IMG/VR virus record: IMGVR_UViG_3300030493_000012
Length of the DNA: 64,000 nt
Source of the DNA: a virus
Reading direction: 5' to 3' (one strand)
The number at the start of each line of letters is the position of its first letter. The first letter of the stretch is position 1. The notes under the pieces are model-generated. The model had not been told where the DNA came from, ran no database searches, and was given only the letters and a program-made list of their open reading frames with translations. Both the position numbers and the translations under genes were made by a program. Shown here one piece after another: positions 19,287-28,571 of the stretch.

Positions 19287-19853
19287 TTACCTTCGTCCGA
19301 AACGGCTCTTTTTTCTAGCGGCGTCCATCATTGCAGATTTAGCCAATTTAGCTTTTTCTGATTGGCTTAGTTCGGCGGCTGCATTAATGACAGGTTCGAT
19401 AATTTTCGGAACGTCTTTAACAACAGGTTTAGTCTCAACAACCGGCTCAAACTTAACATCTTCTGTCTTTTGAACTTCAATTTTTGGAATTACAGCGCCA
19501 ACTTTATTGTATCTGGCCCAAACTGGCGGATAACTTGAATTGTCAAGAATATTATTGATTCTTTGGCTTGGCCCATAAGGAGGATTGTCAACACTATTTA
19601 AGGTTGTAACTGGATTATAAACTTTGCCATCACTTGACCTACTAAAAGTCCATTGACCGATAGGCAAAACAATAGCCAAGCCGCCTTGACCAGCCGGAAC
19701 GCTCTGAGTATCAACAATATTACTAACCAAAGTCACGCTTGCGCCGCTTCGGTTTTTAAGTTGATAAACTTGAATTTCAATGATGGTAGAATCTGGCTCT
19801 AAAAGCCAATGTTCTGAGCCTTTGTTTGATTTTTCGATGTGTTTGATATTCAT
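19287..19853 (-). CDS. Hypothetical protein
   Basis: 188 aa from MNIKH, coupled to the upstream stop (TAA T ATG). Confidence 0.65.
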   Translation of the reverse strand: MNIKHIEKSNKGSEHWLLEPDSTIIEIQVYQLKNRSGASVTLVSNIVDTQSVPAGQGGLAIVLPIGQWTFSRSSDGKVYNPVTTLNSVDNPPYGPSQRINNILDNSSYPPVWARYNKVGAVIPKIEVQKTEDVKFEPVVETKPVVKDVPKIIEPVINAAAELSQSEKAKLAKSAMMDAARKKSRFGRR

Positions 19854-19854
19854 A

Positions 19855-19983
19855 TTATTTGCCAATTAAAAGAGCCGCACACACTAGGATTACTGATACT
19901 GCCAATAGTGGAAAGGCTGGTTTGATAATTGAGATAACGGCTAATAGAATAGCCACGCCAACAAGTATATTAAATGCTGTCAT
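19855..19983 (-). CDS. Small hydrophobic membrane peptide (42 aa, not in ORF track)
   Basis: MTAFNILVGVAILLAVISIIKPAFPLLAVSVILVCAALLIGK; AAGG upstream; stop abuts the next ATG. Confidence 0.6.
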   Translation of the reverse strand: MTAFNILVGVAILLAVISIIKPAFPLLAVSVILVCAALLIGK

Positions 19984-20059
19984 TTTAGACCTTTTTGAAA
20001 CACCGACTTTTCTTTATTTATAGGCGACCAGAATGGCCGTATATTATAAACAAAGTAAA

Positions 20060-20266
20060 TTATTCCGCCAAGCCTTCTTGAATCTTGCCAACATCTTTGT
20101 CTTTGATGGCTTTATTTATGGCATCAACCTGCTTCTGCTCTTCTTTGCGCTCTTTATTGTCAACAATCTCAGGCCTATTGTTTTGCTGACTGCGATGCAA
20201 AAGAAATCCGAAAACATTCTTAATTGAACCGAAAACGTTCTTAATTATAGCTAAAATTGAAGTCAT
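20060..20266 (-). CDS. Small protein with N-terminal amphipathic helix
   Basis: 68-aa coupled ORF. Confidence 0.55.
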   Translation of the reverse strand: MTSILAIIKNVFGSIKNVFGFLLHRSQQNNRPEIVDNKERKEEQKQVDAINKAIKDKDVGKIQEGLAE

Positions 20267-20451
20267 TTTTTAACATAGTCGTCATACGACTTAGTTTCGG
20301 CGGCTAAAAACACCTTTTCCCAGTCTTCATCTGTAATAACATCTTTTTTAAAAATGGCTAAAAGTTCACGCGCAGTGCCGGGGCCATATTTAATTAAAGC
20401 CTGTAAAATAAACTTGGCTGTTTCGTCTTTTAAAAGTTCGCTTAATTTCAT
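20263..20451 (-). CDS. Hypothetical protein
   Basis: 62-aa coupled ORF. Confidence 0.55.
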   Translation of the reverse strand: MKLSELLKDETAKFILQALIKYGPGTARELLAIFKKDVITDEDWEKVFLAAETKSYDDYVKK

Positions 20452-20455
20452 AAAA

Positions 20456-20809
20456 TTATTTCTTTAGAATTTCCTGAACCACCTTCACAACCTCTAACAC
20501 AGAAGCATTTACAGCATTTACAGCAGCGGTCAATTCGTCTGGATTTTCTTTCTTTGAAGCGCGATAGGCATAAACAGCTAATTTAGCTGCAACCATTGAT
20601 TTTTGATAAGAAGTATAGGCCGCTCGAACTTTTAATTCCTCTGCTGGTGTGGCATTTCCCTTTTTAACATAGTCGCCCCAAGCCGTCATTGATTGGTCTG
20701 CTAATGTTGAAACTGTCCCAAGTGTTCGATAGGCATTTTTCTCGGCAGTAACGCAGCCAGAGAAAGCCAAAATCAGAAAAAATAAACCTAAATAATATAA
20801 TTTTCGCAT
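20456..20809 (-). CDS. Putative lipoprotein
   Basis: MRK + hydrophobic stretch + LAFSGC lipobox-like site; helical body. Confidence 0.65.
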   Translation of the reverse strand: MRKLYYLGLFFLILAFSGCVTAEKNAYRTLGTVSTLADQSMTAWGDYVKKGNATPAEELKVRAAYTSYQKSMVAAKLAVYAYRASKKENPDELTAAVNAVNASVLEVVKVVQEILKK

Positions 20810-20826
20810 ACCTTGTCCCTTTCTTT

Positions 20827-20835
20827 ATATTACAC
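20827..20835 (-). promoter_or_regulatory. GTGTAAT motif with purine-rich leader
   Basis: GTGTAATATAAAGAAAGGGACAAGGT-ATG(20809). Confidence 0.6.
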
Positions 20836-20871
20836 TAGAACAAGGTTTTTGATGGTGGTAATTTTCGGAAC

Positions 20872-21270
20872 TTAAGGCTTTTTGAACAATTCTTTATACA
20901 AGATTTCTGGCGGCATACAAATCGCAATTAATTCAGCCTCTTCTATGGTGTTAACAACTTTGTGCGGCCTTTTAGCTGGAATAAATATACTTCCGCCTTC
21001 GTTCAAAATAAACCGAGCATGTGAATCTTTGCATTTGCACTGTAAATCAATAACAAAACTACCTTTTGGACAGACTAGAATTTCATATCCTTCATGTGTA
21101 TGCCAAGGCCATTCTTGAATTTTCGTCCATTTGCCTATAGAAATTGAATAGCCGTTTGAATGAACTGTTTTGGTTTTTGTTCCATTAACTTCCAGCCAAC
21201 CATCATGCTTTGTAACTTCATGACCGATAAGCGCTTGCAAGTTCTGAAACTTGTCAATTAAAGAATCCAT
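20872..21270 (-). CDS. Cupin-domain protein
   Basis: WHTHEGYEIL...G and GGSIFIPAKRPH cupin motifs. Confidence 0.8.
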   Translation of the reverse strand: MDSLIDKFQNLQALIGHEVTKHDGWLEVNGTKTKTVHSNGYSISIGKWTKIQEWPWHTHEGYEILVCPKGSFVIDLQCKCKDSHARFILNEGGSIFIPAKRPHKVVNTIEEAELIAICMPPEILYKELFKKP

Positions 21271-21271
21271 C

Positions 21272-21631
21272 TTACATTAACTTCATGAGGAATTGGAACA
21301 AAATAGCTACAACAACACTTACAGCGCCAGCCCCAGCTATAAGTTTTAGCCTGTCTTCCCATAAAGTATTTACTTTTCTATCTATCTCATTAACGCGAAT
21401 TTCCAAATCTGATTGTTTGAAAATAAGCCCCTTTTCAGCGAGCGAACCTGCTAATTTAGAATAAATAGAATCTGCTGTCTGTGAGACCTTTGTAACTGAA
21501 ATTTGAATATTATCAACAGCCTTAGCCACAGGAAGGACTTGTTCAATCCTTTGTGTCAAGTCATCAACGCGACCATTTAGGTTTTTTAACTCTTCTTTAA
21601 GAGCCTGAATGTCGTTATTCTCTGGTGGCAT
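21272..21631 (-). CDS. Coiled-coil protein with C-terminal transmembrane helix
   Basis: Heptad-rich body; LIAGAGAVSVVVAILFQFLM tail. Confidence 0.65.
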   Translation of the reverse strand: MPPENNDIQALKEELKNLNGRVDDLTQRIEQVLPVAKAVDNIQISVTKVSQTADSIYSKLAGSLAEKGLIFKQSDLEIRVNEIDRKVNTLWEDRLKLIAGAGAVSVVVAILFQFLMKLM

Positions 21632-21641
21632 AAGTTTCTAT

Positions 21642-21650
21642 TAATTACAC
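21642..21650 (-). promoter_or_regulatory. GTGTAAT motif (putative late promoter)
   Basis: GTGTAATTA-N10-ATG(21631). Confidence 0.6.
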
Positions 21651-21696
21651 CTTTAATTAAGAAAATAACTGTCTTATTATTAACGAGTTCCGAAAA

Positions 21697-24237
21697 TTAA
21701 ACAATCGAACACGCGCCACCAAAACAAGAGCCTTCTTGAATTAGAGTTGTTTGGTCGTCGTTTTCCTTAAGTTGTTTATAATCAACATGTTTGAACTCGG
21801 CTACAATTTTTTGCCACTTTTCTTCATCTTCTGGAGTTGTGATTGCCTCCATTGGCGCTTGAGGATAGTCTTTATCTCCAAATTCTCCAATCAAAGAAAC
21901 AGCCGCAAAGTAATTGCGATTATTATATAAATAAGAAATAACGTCTTTCCATTCGTTATCTTTGACAACTACAGTGCAACTAACATTGTGAGTAATTGGC
22001 TTTTTATTAAATTCGGTTGTTCCATTTGAGACCCAGTTAATTTGAGTATTCTTAATAATCTCTAAATGCTGAATTGCCAATAGTTTATCTTTTGTGATAG
22101 CTGATTCTGGAACTTGGATTGGAAAAGTAATAACATCGTCTGTCTGATTGGTTGACCAAACCGAATGTTCGCATAAAGAAGGATTTATTTTCTTAAAATA
22201 TTTATAGATATTATCAATTTTGTTGGCCTGAACACGCCGAAAATACCTTTTCGCATGATGAGGATGGATTCCTGAGCCTGTTCCAAGCACCAAACTCGAT
22301 GTTCCTTCTGGCTTAACGCAACAAATTCTAGCAGAAGGTTTTATATTAAGTTTCTTAGCCCATTCTAAATTTACAATTTTAGCATAACTAGACATTTCTT
22401 TCTGCGTCTCTTCGTTTAACAAATCTGGATTATCCATCATTCCAGTAATTGAAACACCCAACAGTGCCTCTTCTTCTGTCAGTTCTTTTGAGGCATTGGA
22501 TAAATAGGGAAAATCTGTATATCCAGCCTGCAAAGTGCCAACGATTGTAGCGGACTCAACGCACTCTTTCCAGTCTTGTTTTGTTTTAATTTTACCGCCA
22601 TTTTGAGTTGTTAGATTACAGAATTGAACGCCACAAACGCCATTTTCTGTTACTGGAATCATTGAAATCTCAAAACAATTGGAAACATTAAGGCCATTTG
22701 TCCAATATGTGTGAGATTCGTTGTCAACGGTAATATCAAAAACTTCCTCTTCTGATATATATTCTCGACTAGTAACTTTAGACGGAAACGTTTCTTTCGT
22801 TCTTCTATCAGACCGTTCCCATGAGCCTCTTCCGTCACCTTCTTTAAAGCAGTCTATAAATAAAGCATCATCGGCTTCAATTTTTACTCCATTTTGAACT
22901 ACTCTGTGAGTTTTTGTGCCATAAAAACAACATCCTGAATCAGTTGCATACTTATAAACTCTTTTAATGCCATTCGACCATTTTTTTACAACCTTTGTCC
23001 AGCCTTCTTTAGACCATATAATTGAGCCTTCTTTTAGCGTTCCGAAATCGGCCCAGCCTTCTTTTGTAAGTACCTTAGCCCAAGCGGGTTGGCAAGGATT
23101 AAAAAGTTGTCTTTTATCATCGCCAAACACATAGCCCGGTTCCCCAAATTCCTTTGTTTTTTGTGCTATTTCTTGGAACTCTTTCTCGGAAACTTCATTT
23201 CTAATCAATAAAACGCTATTATTAGACCTTGCTCTATGTGGAAATAAATGCCGCCAGCTAATTAAATTTTCCTTGTTTAGTTTCTCCAGTTCCCATTTTT
23301 CAATCTTTACATCATATCTCTTGCCTTCATGCTGAACTCTGCCTTCAAAAAATTCAATTACAGAACCACCGATTGTTTGTTTTTCAGAAGGAGAAAATGC
23401 AAAAATCTTATCTACTAAAATGTAAGTTTTGGCATTAATCATGTCTAAATCGTTTTTTTCAAAGACCGTGCTTGTTGCTGCTCTGCGACAGCCGCCGCTT
23501 AATACGGCATCGGCGCAATGCATCAAAATATCATAGGCATTAATGCTTTTTAATCTGTTTTGGTGGTTATATTCAATAACGTGGTCAAGTAATTCTTTGA
23601 TTTTAGAGTGAGCATTTTTAAGACCTTTGTAGCCGGGAGCCTTACCACCGCCAGTTTTTAGTGCCTCGCCTTTTTTGCGAATACGAGAATAATCAAAAAC
23701 AATTTTACGACCAGTGTAAGGAGTGTTCCGAAAATAACAAGACATTAATGCTTCAACTGAATCAGCCCAACCTTCAATATCGTCTTCCACGACATAGGTT
23801 AAAACTGTTCCTGTTTTGTCGCTATCAACAGCCAAATTTGGTAATCTGTCTAAAAACTGCTTTGACAGACCAATTCCGACCCCACACCCGCAAAGTAAAA
23901 GATAAAAAATCTCGGCAAATGACCTCAAAGAATCAACATGCCGAGTTGAACAATTAAACATTCTAGCGTTATGAGCCTCAACTGCCTTACCGCCATATTG
24001 CATAGACCTCATTGAAGGCAAAACTCGCTTGTCTCTTACCAAATCAAAAGCCCATTTAATCTTTTTGACATCATCTTCTTGAAGAAAATTATACTTCTTC
24101 AAATGCATGTTTTCCAAGCGTTTAACTGACTCATTCCACGTTTCACGCCTTTCTAGTTTATCATCATAGCGGCTGTATTTACTGGTAAAAATGTAATCGG
24201 AAATCTCATTTATAAAATTTACGGATTGGCTGTTCAT
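21697..24237 (-). CDS. nrdJ: Class II (B12-dependent) ribonucleotide reductase, intein-containing
   Basis: RETW.E, LPSMRSMQ, MFNC, GGCRRAA, NP|CFEI after intein removal, VKPEGT.S, C-terminal CFGGAC. Confidence 0.9.
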   Translation of the reverse strand: MNSQSVNFINEISDYIFTSKYSRYDDKLERRETWNESVKRLENMHLKKYNFLQEDDVKKIKWAFDLVRDKRVLPSMRSMQYGGKAVEAHNARMFNCSTRHVDSLRSFAEIFYLLLCGCGVGIGLSKQFLDRLPNLAVDSDKTGTVLTYVVEDDIEGWADSVEALMSCYFRNTPYTGRKIVFDYSRIRKKGEALKTGGGKAPGYKGLKNAHSKIKELLDHVIEYNHQNRLKSINAYDILMHCADAVLSGGCRRAATSTVFEKNDLDMINAKTYILVDKIFAFSPSEKQTIGGSVIEFFEGRVQHEGKRYDVKIEKWELEKLNKENLISWRHLFPHRARSNNSVLLIRNEVSEKEFQEIAQKTKEFGEPGYVFGDDKRQLFNPCQPAWAKVLTKEGWADFGTLKEGSIIWSKEGWTKVVKKWSNGIKRVYKYATDSGCCFYGTKTHRVVQNGVKIEADDALFIDCFKEGDGRGSWERSDRRTKETFPSKVTSREYISEEEVFDITVDNESHTYWTNGLNVSNCFEISMIPVTENGVCGVQFCNLTTQNGGKIKTKQDWKECVESATIVGTLQAGYTDFPYLSNASKELTEEEALLGVSITGMMDNPDLLNEETQKEMSSYAKIVNLEWAKKLNIKPSARICCVKPEGTSSLVLGTGSGIHPHHAKRYFRRVQANKIDNIYKYFKKINPSLCEHSVWSTNQTDDVITFPIQVPESAITKDKLLAIQHLEIIKNTQINWVSNGTTEFNKKPITHNVSCTVVVKDNEWKDVISYLYNNRNYFAAVSLIGEFGDKDYPQAPMEAITTPEDEEKWQKIVAEFKHVDYKQLKENDDQTTLIQEGSCFGGACSIV
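22678..23094 (-). other. Mini-intein, 139 aa, no endonuclease domain
   Basis: Starts CQPAWAKVLT, block B TKTH, block F VFDITV, ends VSN before +1 Cys (CFEI). Confidence 0.9.
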
Positions 24238-24244
24238 GTGTATA

Positions 24245-24273
24245 ATTTTACTGTAGTCAGATTGTTAAAACAA
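24245..24273 (-). promoter_or_regulatory. Possible sigma70-type promoter for nrdJ
   Basis: TTGTTT-N17-TAAAAT-N7-ATG(24237); weak -35. Confidence 0.45.
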
Positions 24274-24291
24274 GAAGATTTTATTGAAACT

Positions 24292-24684
24292 TTAAGTCTC
24301 AATAGTTACGCCCATCTTTTCTAATTTTTGAAGCGCCGTTCTGTCCATTACATCTTTATGTGGCCTGCCTTTTCTTTCTTTGGCATAATCCTCATAAAAC
24401 TTTTCCTTAACAAAATCAACGCCTTCTTTATCTTTGCGCTTTTCTGACAATTCGCGGCTTTGGTCAAATAAATTACCTAAAGTACCTTTCTTTTGACCTG
24501 TTTTAGCGGCAAAATCTTGACTAGAATAAGCGTCAATTTTGGTGTTAAAGGCCGCTTGAGGCTTAGAGAATACTCGGCTCCATTTATGACCTGTTTCGTC
24601 ACTATAAGAATGGTCATCATTCATTTTCTGAATAATTTCCTTATATTCTCCAGTTTGTTCGTTAAGATAGATGTAAATTGGCAT
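24292..24684 (-). CDS. FmdB-like small protein lacking the zinc-ribbon cysteines
   Basis: MPIYIY...TGE..EIIQKM N-terminus. Confidence 0.5.
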   Translation of the reverse strand: MPIYIYLNEQTGEYKEIIQKMNDDHSYSDETGHKWSRVFSKPQAAFNTKIDAYSSQDFAAKTGQKKGTLGNLFDQSRELSEKRKDKEGVDFVKEKFYEDYAKERKGRPHKDVMDRTALQKLEKMGVTIET

Positions 24685-24686
24685 AA

Positions 24687-25787
24687 CTAAATGATTGCTT
24701 CCATTATTACACTCATGCCGTGGTCGAATGAGTATCTATTCTGTAATTCAAAACCGGCCTCATTAACTGGATTTTTCTTAAACCTATCAATGGCAGCATC
24801 TAAGGCTAATCTGAAATCTTCATCTTTCCATGAAAAAATATTTCCTTGATTAAAAGGCAATCCTTGAGCAAAAAACTTGCCGTCATAGACGGGTATCTTT
24901 TCGGAAGGTTGAACTAAAACAGCATTTTCGGAATTAGCCCAGTCTTTCATTGACGTACAATTATGAATAACAGCGTGTTTTCCTAAAGCCACACAACACA
25001 TTGAAGGCAAAGAAATTGATTCGCCGCCACTCATATCTACAACAATATCACAAACATTAAATGCTTCATTCATGTGTGAATTCGTAGGCAGAAATCCGAA
25101 AACCGTGAAATTCCAAGGTTTTTGGTTGTTAAATAAGGCATTATAAATAGATAACATTTCCTCTTGCTTGAAAAATGAGTTGTTTGTGTGCAGATTAACT
25201 CGATAAGCAGAATTGCCGCCAAATTTCTCAACCAAAGTTTTGATGACTCTAAAAGTATGTTTTCTTTGCTCCATTTTTCCGAAAACAGAGACAGTTGTTA
25301 CATTACCGCTAAATTCCTTCTTTTTTACAGGATGAAAATGTGTAGCGTCAAAACCCATTGGAGCATAAATTACAGGAACTTCAACTCCATGATTTTCAAA
25401 GACTTGTTTTGAGTAATTAGAAGTAACGAAAACTTTCTCTTGCTGATTCAAAATATTGACTTCTGTTTCAGTTAAAGAATCGAGTTCATGAAAGGTCAAC
25501 AAATTTTGCTTACAGCCAGCCAAACCTAGGTGCCCGCCGTTATGAATGTGCCAAATTTTGAGACTAGGATTCTTTTTATTGAATTTAGCAGGCGCATTAT
25601 TAATTGCTTGCCTAATCCAATTTTCGTAACCCTCTGGCGCTTTATCATAAGCCGACAAATCCGCGCTATTGGCGATTGGAAATAAATTAACAGAATAGTT
25701 GTTTTTGAACAACCACTGTGTTACTCCAAAAGAGATTTGTCCAAAACTAAGTCCATTGAGAGGACATTCTAGGTTTAACGCTGGCAT
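24687..25787 (-). CDS. Glycosyltransferase, GT-B fold (GT4-like)
   Basis: VFVTSNYSK, GFDATHF, VFGKMEQRKH, GGESISLP. Confidence 0.75.
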   Translation of the reverse strand: MPALNLECPLNGLSFGQISFGVTQWLFKNNYSVNLFPIANSADLSAYDKAPEGYENWIRQAINNAPAKFNKKNPSLKIWHIHNGGHLGLAGCKQNLLTFHELDSLTETEVNILNQQEKVFVTSNYSKQVFENHGVEVPVIYAPMGFDATHFHPVKKKEFSGNVTTVSVFGKMEQRKHTFRVIKTLVEKFGGNSAYRVNLHTNNSFFKQEEMLSIYNALFNNQKPWNFTVFGFLPTNSHMNEAFNVCDIVVDMSGGESISLPSMCCVALGKHAVIHNCTSMKDWANSENAVLVQPSEKIPVYDGKFFAQGLPFNQGNIFSWKDEDFRLALDAAIDRFKKNPVNEAGFELQNRYSFDHGMSVIMEAII

Positions 25788-25790
25788 AAT

Positions 25791-26057
25791 TTAAGCTGAA
25801 TCTTTTCCTTCGATTGTATCTTTTACTGACTTTTCATCTCTGTAGATGATAAAATCCGGCCAATCTTTCTTGTCAACATCTGGTTTATATGTTTTGTCTA
25901 GCTTCCGGTTGTTTAAGAAGATAATAATTGGAATCTTCTCTCCGAAAAAGTTAATGTTGCCGGTCATGAATCTCTTGGTTTTATCAGCCTTGCTTTCTTT
26001 CTTCCACAAGGCTCCAATTTCACGCGATTCCCAGTTTTTGTTTTTTGTTTCACTCAT
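25791..26057 (-). CDS. Small DUF736-like protein
   Basis: EIGALWKK...FMTG.I...PDF.IY pattern. Confidence 0.5.
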   Translation of the reverse strand: MSETKNKNWESREIGALWKKESKADKTKRFMTGNINFFGEKIPIIIFLNNRKLDKTYKPDVDKKDWPDFIIYRDEKSVKDTIEGKDSA

Positions 26058-26070
26058 ATTTTTAAAATTT

Positions 26071-26298
26071 TTAATCGCTCATGTCGGTATGCCACGCAAT
26101 TTTGCATGTATCGCAAATAGTTATAACGTCTGTACATCTCCATTGAAACAGTGAATTATCAAACTCTTTTCGGACATGTTTTGCCTTAATGCATTTTTTA
26201 AAATCTTCGTTGTTAAGTGTTAACTGCCAGCCAATGTCTCTATAACCACTGGGCAATACAAATTTTTTAGCATTAGGATTTGGTGGGCATTTTACCAT
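26071..26298 (-). CDS. Hypothetical Cys-containing protein
   Basis: 75-aa ORF with CDTC. Confidence 0.55.
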   Translation of the reverse strand: MVKCPPNPNAKKFVLPSGYRDIGWQLTLNNEDFKKCIKAKHVRKEFDNSLFQWRCTDVITICDTCKIAWHTDMSD

Positions 26299-26302
26299 AA
26301 TT

Positions 26303-26875
26303 TTATTCGTATCTAGCTTTTAATGATTTAATTCCTTTTCGGTGGATATTTAACACAGTTTGGTCACTAATTCCCATCTTTTCGCCAATTTTCTTAAAAG
26401 TCACAGGATTTCTAGTTCCGCTAAAATATCTAATCTTAAAAACCTCAACCACTCTCTTGTCGTGATTTTCTTTTAAAATATCCAAAACTCTCTGTTTATC
26501 ACACTCTTCCATTTCATCCTGTTTGTCGGTTAAAGATTCTTCGGTCGAATAATAATCCAAAACTTCTGATGAAACTGGAATTGTCTTGCTTTTTGCGCCT
26601 TTTGAAATTTTTGTCTTGCAAAAGTATTTACAAATATTTCCGACCCAAGTATTAAAAGCGACTTTCTTTTCTGGCTTATAGGTTAGCGCGGCTTTATAGA
26701 TTAAATTATCTTTTTCTCCATAAACATCATTCAAATAAACACCTGATTGCATTAACGACTCGGCGTATTTACCAAAAATATCATTACACAAAGGAGAATG
26801 TTTTTCTATCAAAGAACACAACGACTGATTGCATTTTTCATTTTTGACCTTAAAAACTAATTCAATGTCAGTCAT
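26303..26875 (-). CDS. Phage sigma-70-family sigma factor
   Basis: Region-2-like KAALTYKPEKKVAFNTWV; region-4 HTH TFKKIGEKMGISDQTVLNIHRKG. Confidence 0.8.
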   Translation of the reverse strand: MTDIELVFKVKNEKCNQSLCSLIEKHSPLCNDIFGKYAESLMQSGVYLNDVYGEKDNLIYKAALTYKPEKKVAFNTWVGNICKYFCKTKISKGAKSKTIPVSSEVLDYYSTEESLTDKQDEMEECDKQRVLDILKENHDKRVVEVFKIRYFSGTRNPVTFKKIGEKMGISDQTVLNIHRKGIKSLKARYE

Positions 26876-26876
26876 A

Positions 26877-27470
26877 TTACGGCTTGACTGTTTTAACTGG
26901 ATAATTTGGTTGAGTTTTTAGCCACTCAATGAATTTGTCAATAAAAGGCTCGCATTTTGAAACATCGGCACCAGTTTCCGGCCAAACAATCCGATAGGCG
27001 GCTCTTTGCTGTAAAATAGAATCATTTTCAGCTTCTGCAAGATTGGCTGGTAATTGAAAACTTCCATCAGCTAATTGTTTTCTAACATGAACTAAAATCC
27101 CGTTTTTTTCAATCCAAGGCAATTCATCCTCTTCGTATTCTGCATATCTAATATCTGTAATCGCAAAATTTTCGTAACAATCTTTTACCTTGTCCATTAC
27201 AGATTGAGCGTGGTCAATAAAATAGCGGCCATTTGTTTGTTTTCGGCGCATCTTGCCCCAAGCCACAAGAAAATCACGAAAAACTTCTTTTTCTGCCGAT
27301 TCGTTTGTCCAAACATTCAGGCCAAAATTAGACTGAATAATCGGTTGAGTTTCGTCTTTAAGTTTCTTCGCCAAGGCAATCAACATTGTGCGACCTTCTA
27401 GCTTTTCAACTAAGAAGCGCCCAAATGTATCTTTGCCTGACCTTGCGACTCCTGATATTCCAATTAACAT
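26877..27470 (-). CDS. Deoxynucleoside monophosphate kinase-like protein
   Basis: MLIGISGVARSGKDT P-loop, LAKKLK, R.FL..WG..RR, ITDIRY..E. Confidence 0.8.
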   Translation of the reverse strand: MLIGISGVARSGKDTFGRFLVEKLEGRTMLIALAKKLKDETQPIIQSNFGLNVWTNESAEKEVFRDFLVAWGKMRRKQTNGRYFIDHAQSVMDKVKDCYENFAITDIRYAEYEEDELPWIEKNGILVHVRKQLADGSFQLPANLAEAENDSILQQRAAYRIVWPETGADVSKCEPFIDKFIEWLKTQPNYPVKTVKP

Positions 27471-27477
27471 AATTTTA

Positions 27478-27506
27478 AGTATAGCATTAGTTGTTTGAAA
27501 AGTCAA
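27478..27506 (-). promoter_or_regulatory. sigma70-type promoter with extended -10, leaderless
   Basis: TTGACT-N17 (ending TGC)-TATACT-N7-ATG(27470). Confidence 0.7.
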
Positions 27507-27951
27507 TAGGTTTTTCTTCAACTGGAGGATTGTCTTTTTTTTTACAATATTCCTCCATAAACAACATTGTAATTCCAATTAAATTATTAATATCTTTCTC
27601 TCGAATATTCAAAGCATCTGCTTTATTGGATTCGTCGCCGGTCATTTCGCAATAAGCATTAATATTGGAAGCGATTAACATGCAGGTTGGCCCAGACAAA
27701 GTTACTGGCTGTTCGTATCCGGTTAGGCTTTTTGATAATACATAAAATTCAGAATTGCCAATTTTGATAGGTTCGGATACTATTTTAGATTGTTTGAGAT
27801 ATTCTAAGCCAGATAAGATAGACGCGCTAAGCTCTTCATAGTCAAGGATTTCCTCTTTTGGAATTAGCTTTGTCAAATCTCGGTCTAAACAAAAAATATC
27901 CTTTTCGGAAAACCAGCTAAATAACTTATTGGCTGCGCTTATGGTTGTCAT
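27487..27951 (-). CDS. Hypothetical protein
   Basis: 154-aa ORF with its own promoter. Confidence 0.7.
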   Translation of the reverse strand: MTTISAANKLFSWFSEKDIFCLDRDLTKLIPKEEILDYEELSASILSGLEYLKQSKIVSEPIKIGNSEFYVLSKSLTGYEQPVTLSGPTCMLIASNINAYCEMTGDESNKADALNIREKDINNLIGITMLFMEEYCKKKDNPPVEEKPIDFSNN

Positions 27952-27959
27952 ATTTTACT

Positions 27960-27988
27960 ATTATAGAAGAAATTCTTATGGATGTCAA
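27960..27988 (-). promoter_or_regulatory. sigma70-type promoter (left arm of divergent pair)
   Basis: TTGACA-N17-TATAAT-N8-ATG(27951). Confidence 0.75.
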
Positions 27989-27996
27989 GATTTTTG

Positions 27997-28025
27997 TTGA
28001 CTTCTTTTCTTGAATGTGCGATTAT
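27997..28025 (+). promoter_or_regulatory. sigma70-type promoter (right arm of divergent pair)
   Basis: TTGACT-N17 (ending TGC)-GATTAT-N6-ATG(28032). Confidence 0.55.
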
Positions 28026-28031
28026 TGAAAA

Positions 28032-28526
28032 ATGGATAGAATATCATTTGAAAATCTTGGAATATTGTTGAGTTTGGCGGCGAGCCTCAAAAGCGAAGAC
28101 AAGTTTACGCAAGTTGGCTGCGCCGGATTTGATAGGGAAAATAGAATTGTCGGAATTTCTTACAATGGATACGCCAAAGGCCAAATTCTGTCTGAGGAAT
28201 TTTTAGAAGACCGCGATAATAAGAATTTATTCGTTCGGCATTCAGAGACAAATTTATTATCTATGCACAAAAAAGGAGACATTCACACTATGTTTCTAAC
28301 ATGTTCTCCCTGTAGGAATTGCGCTGTAAATATTGCCGCTCATGAAATTAAAAAGATTATCTTTCTGGAAGAATACCACAGAGAGCAAGATTATAAGAAG
28401 GTTTTTGATTTCTACAAAATTGAATATAAATGCCTTGATGTCAGAGAGATTAAGATTTTAAGAGGCTTTTTGAATGAGATGGATAAAAAGCTTAAAAAAG
28501 TTTTTGATGATTGTGTGCCTTTTTAA
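28032..28526 (+). CDS. dCMP deaminase
   Basis: TQVGC, ISYNG, RHSE (HxE), SPCRNC. Confidence 0.85.
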   Translation: MDRISFENLGILLSLAASLKSEDKFTQVGCAGFDRENRIVGISYNGYAKGQILSEEFLEDRDNKNLFVRHSETNLLSMHKKGDIHTMFLTCSPCRNCAVNIAAHEIKKIIFLEEYHREQDYKKVFDFYKIEYKCLDVREIKILRGFLNEMDKKLKKVFDDCVPF

Positions 28527-28535
28527 TAAAAAGAT

Positions 28536-28564
28536 TTGACTTTTAAATTTAACCAGACTATCAT
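28536..28564 (+). promoter_or_regulatory. sigma70-type promoter, leaderless
   Basis: TTGACT-N17-TATCAT-N7-ATG(28572). Confidence 0.7.
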
Positions 28565-28571
28565 AGTTAAT

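Noticed and set aside
19984-20048. Riboswitch- or tracrRNA-like leader (GGCCATTCTGGTC hairpin; AAGTCGGTG) after a TATAAT box on the minus strand
   Set aside because: Only a 5-bp hairpin and a short coincidental match; no aptamer core and no Cas gene or repeat.
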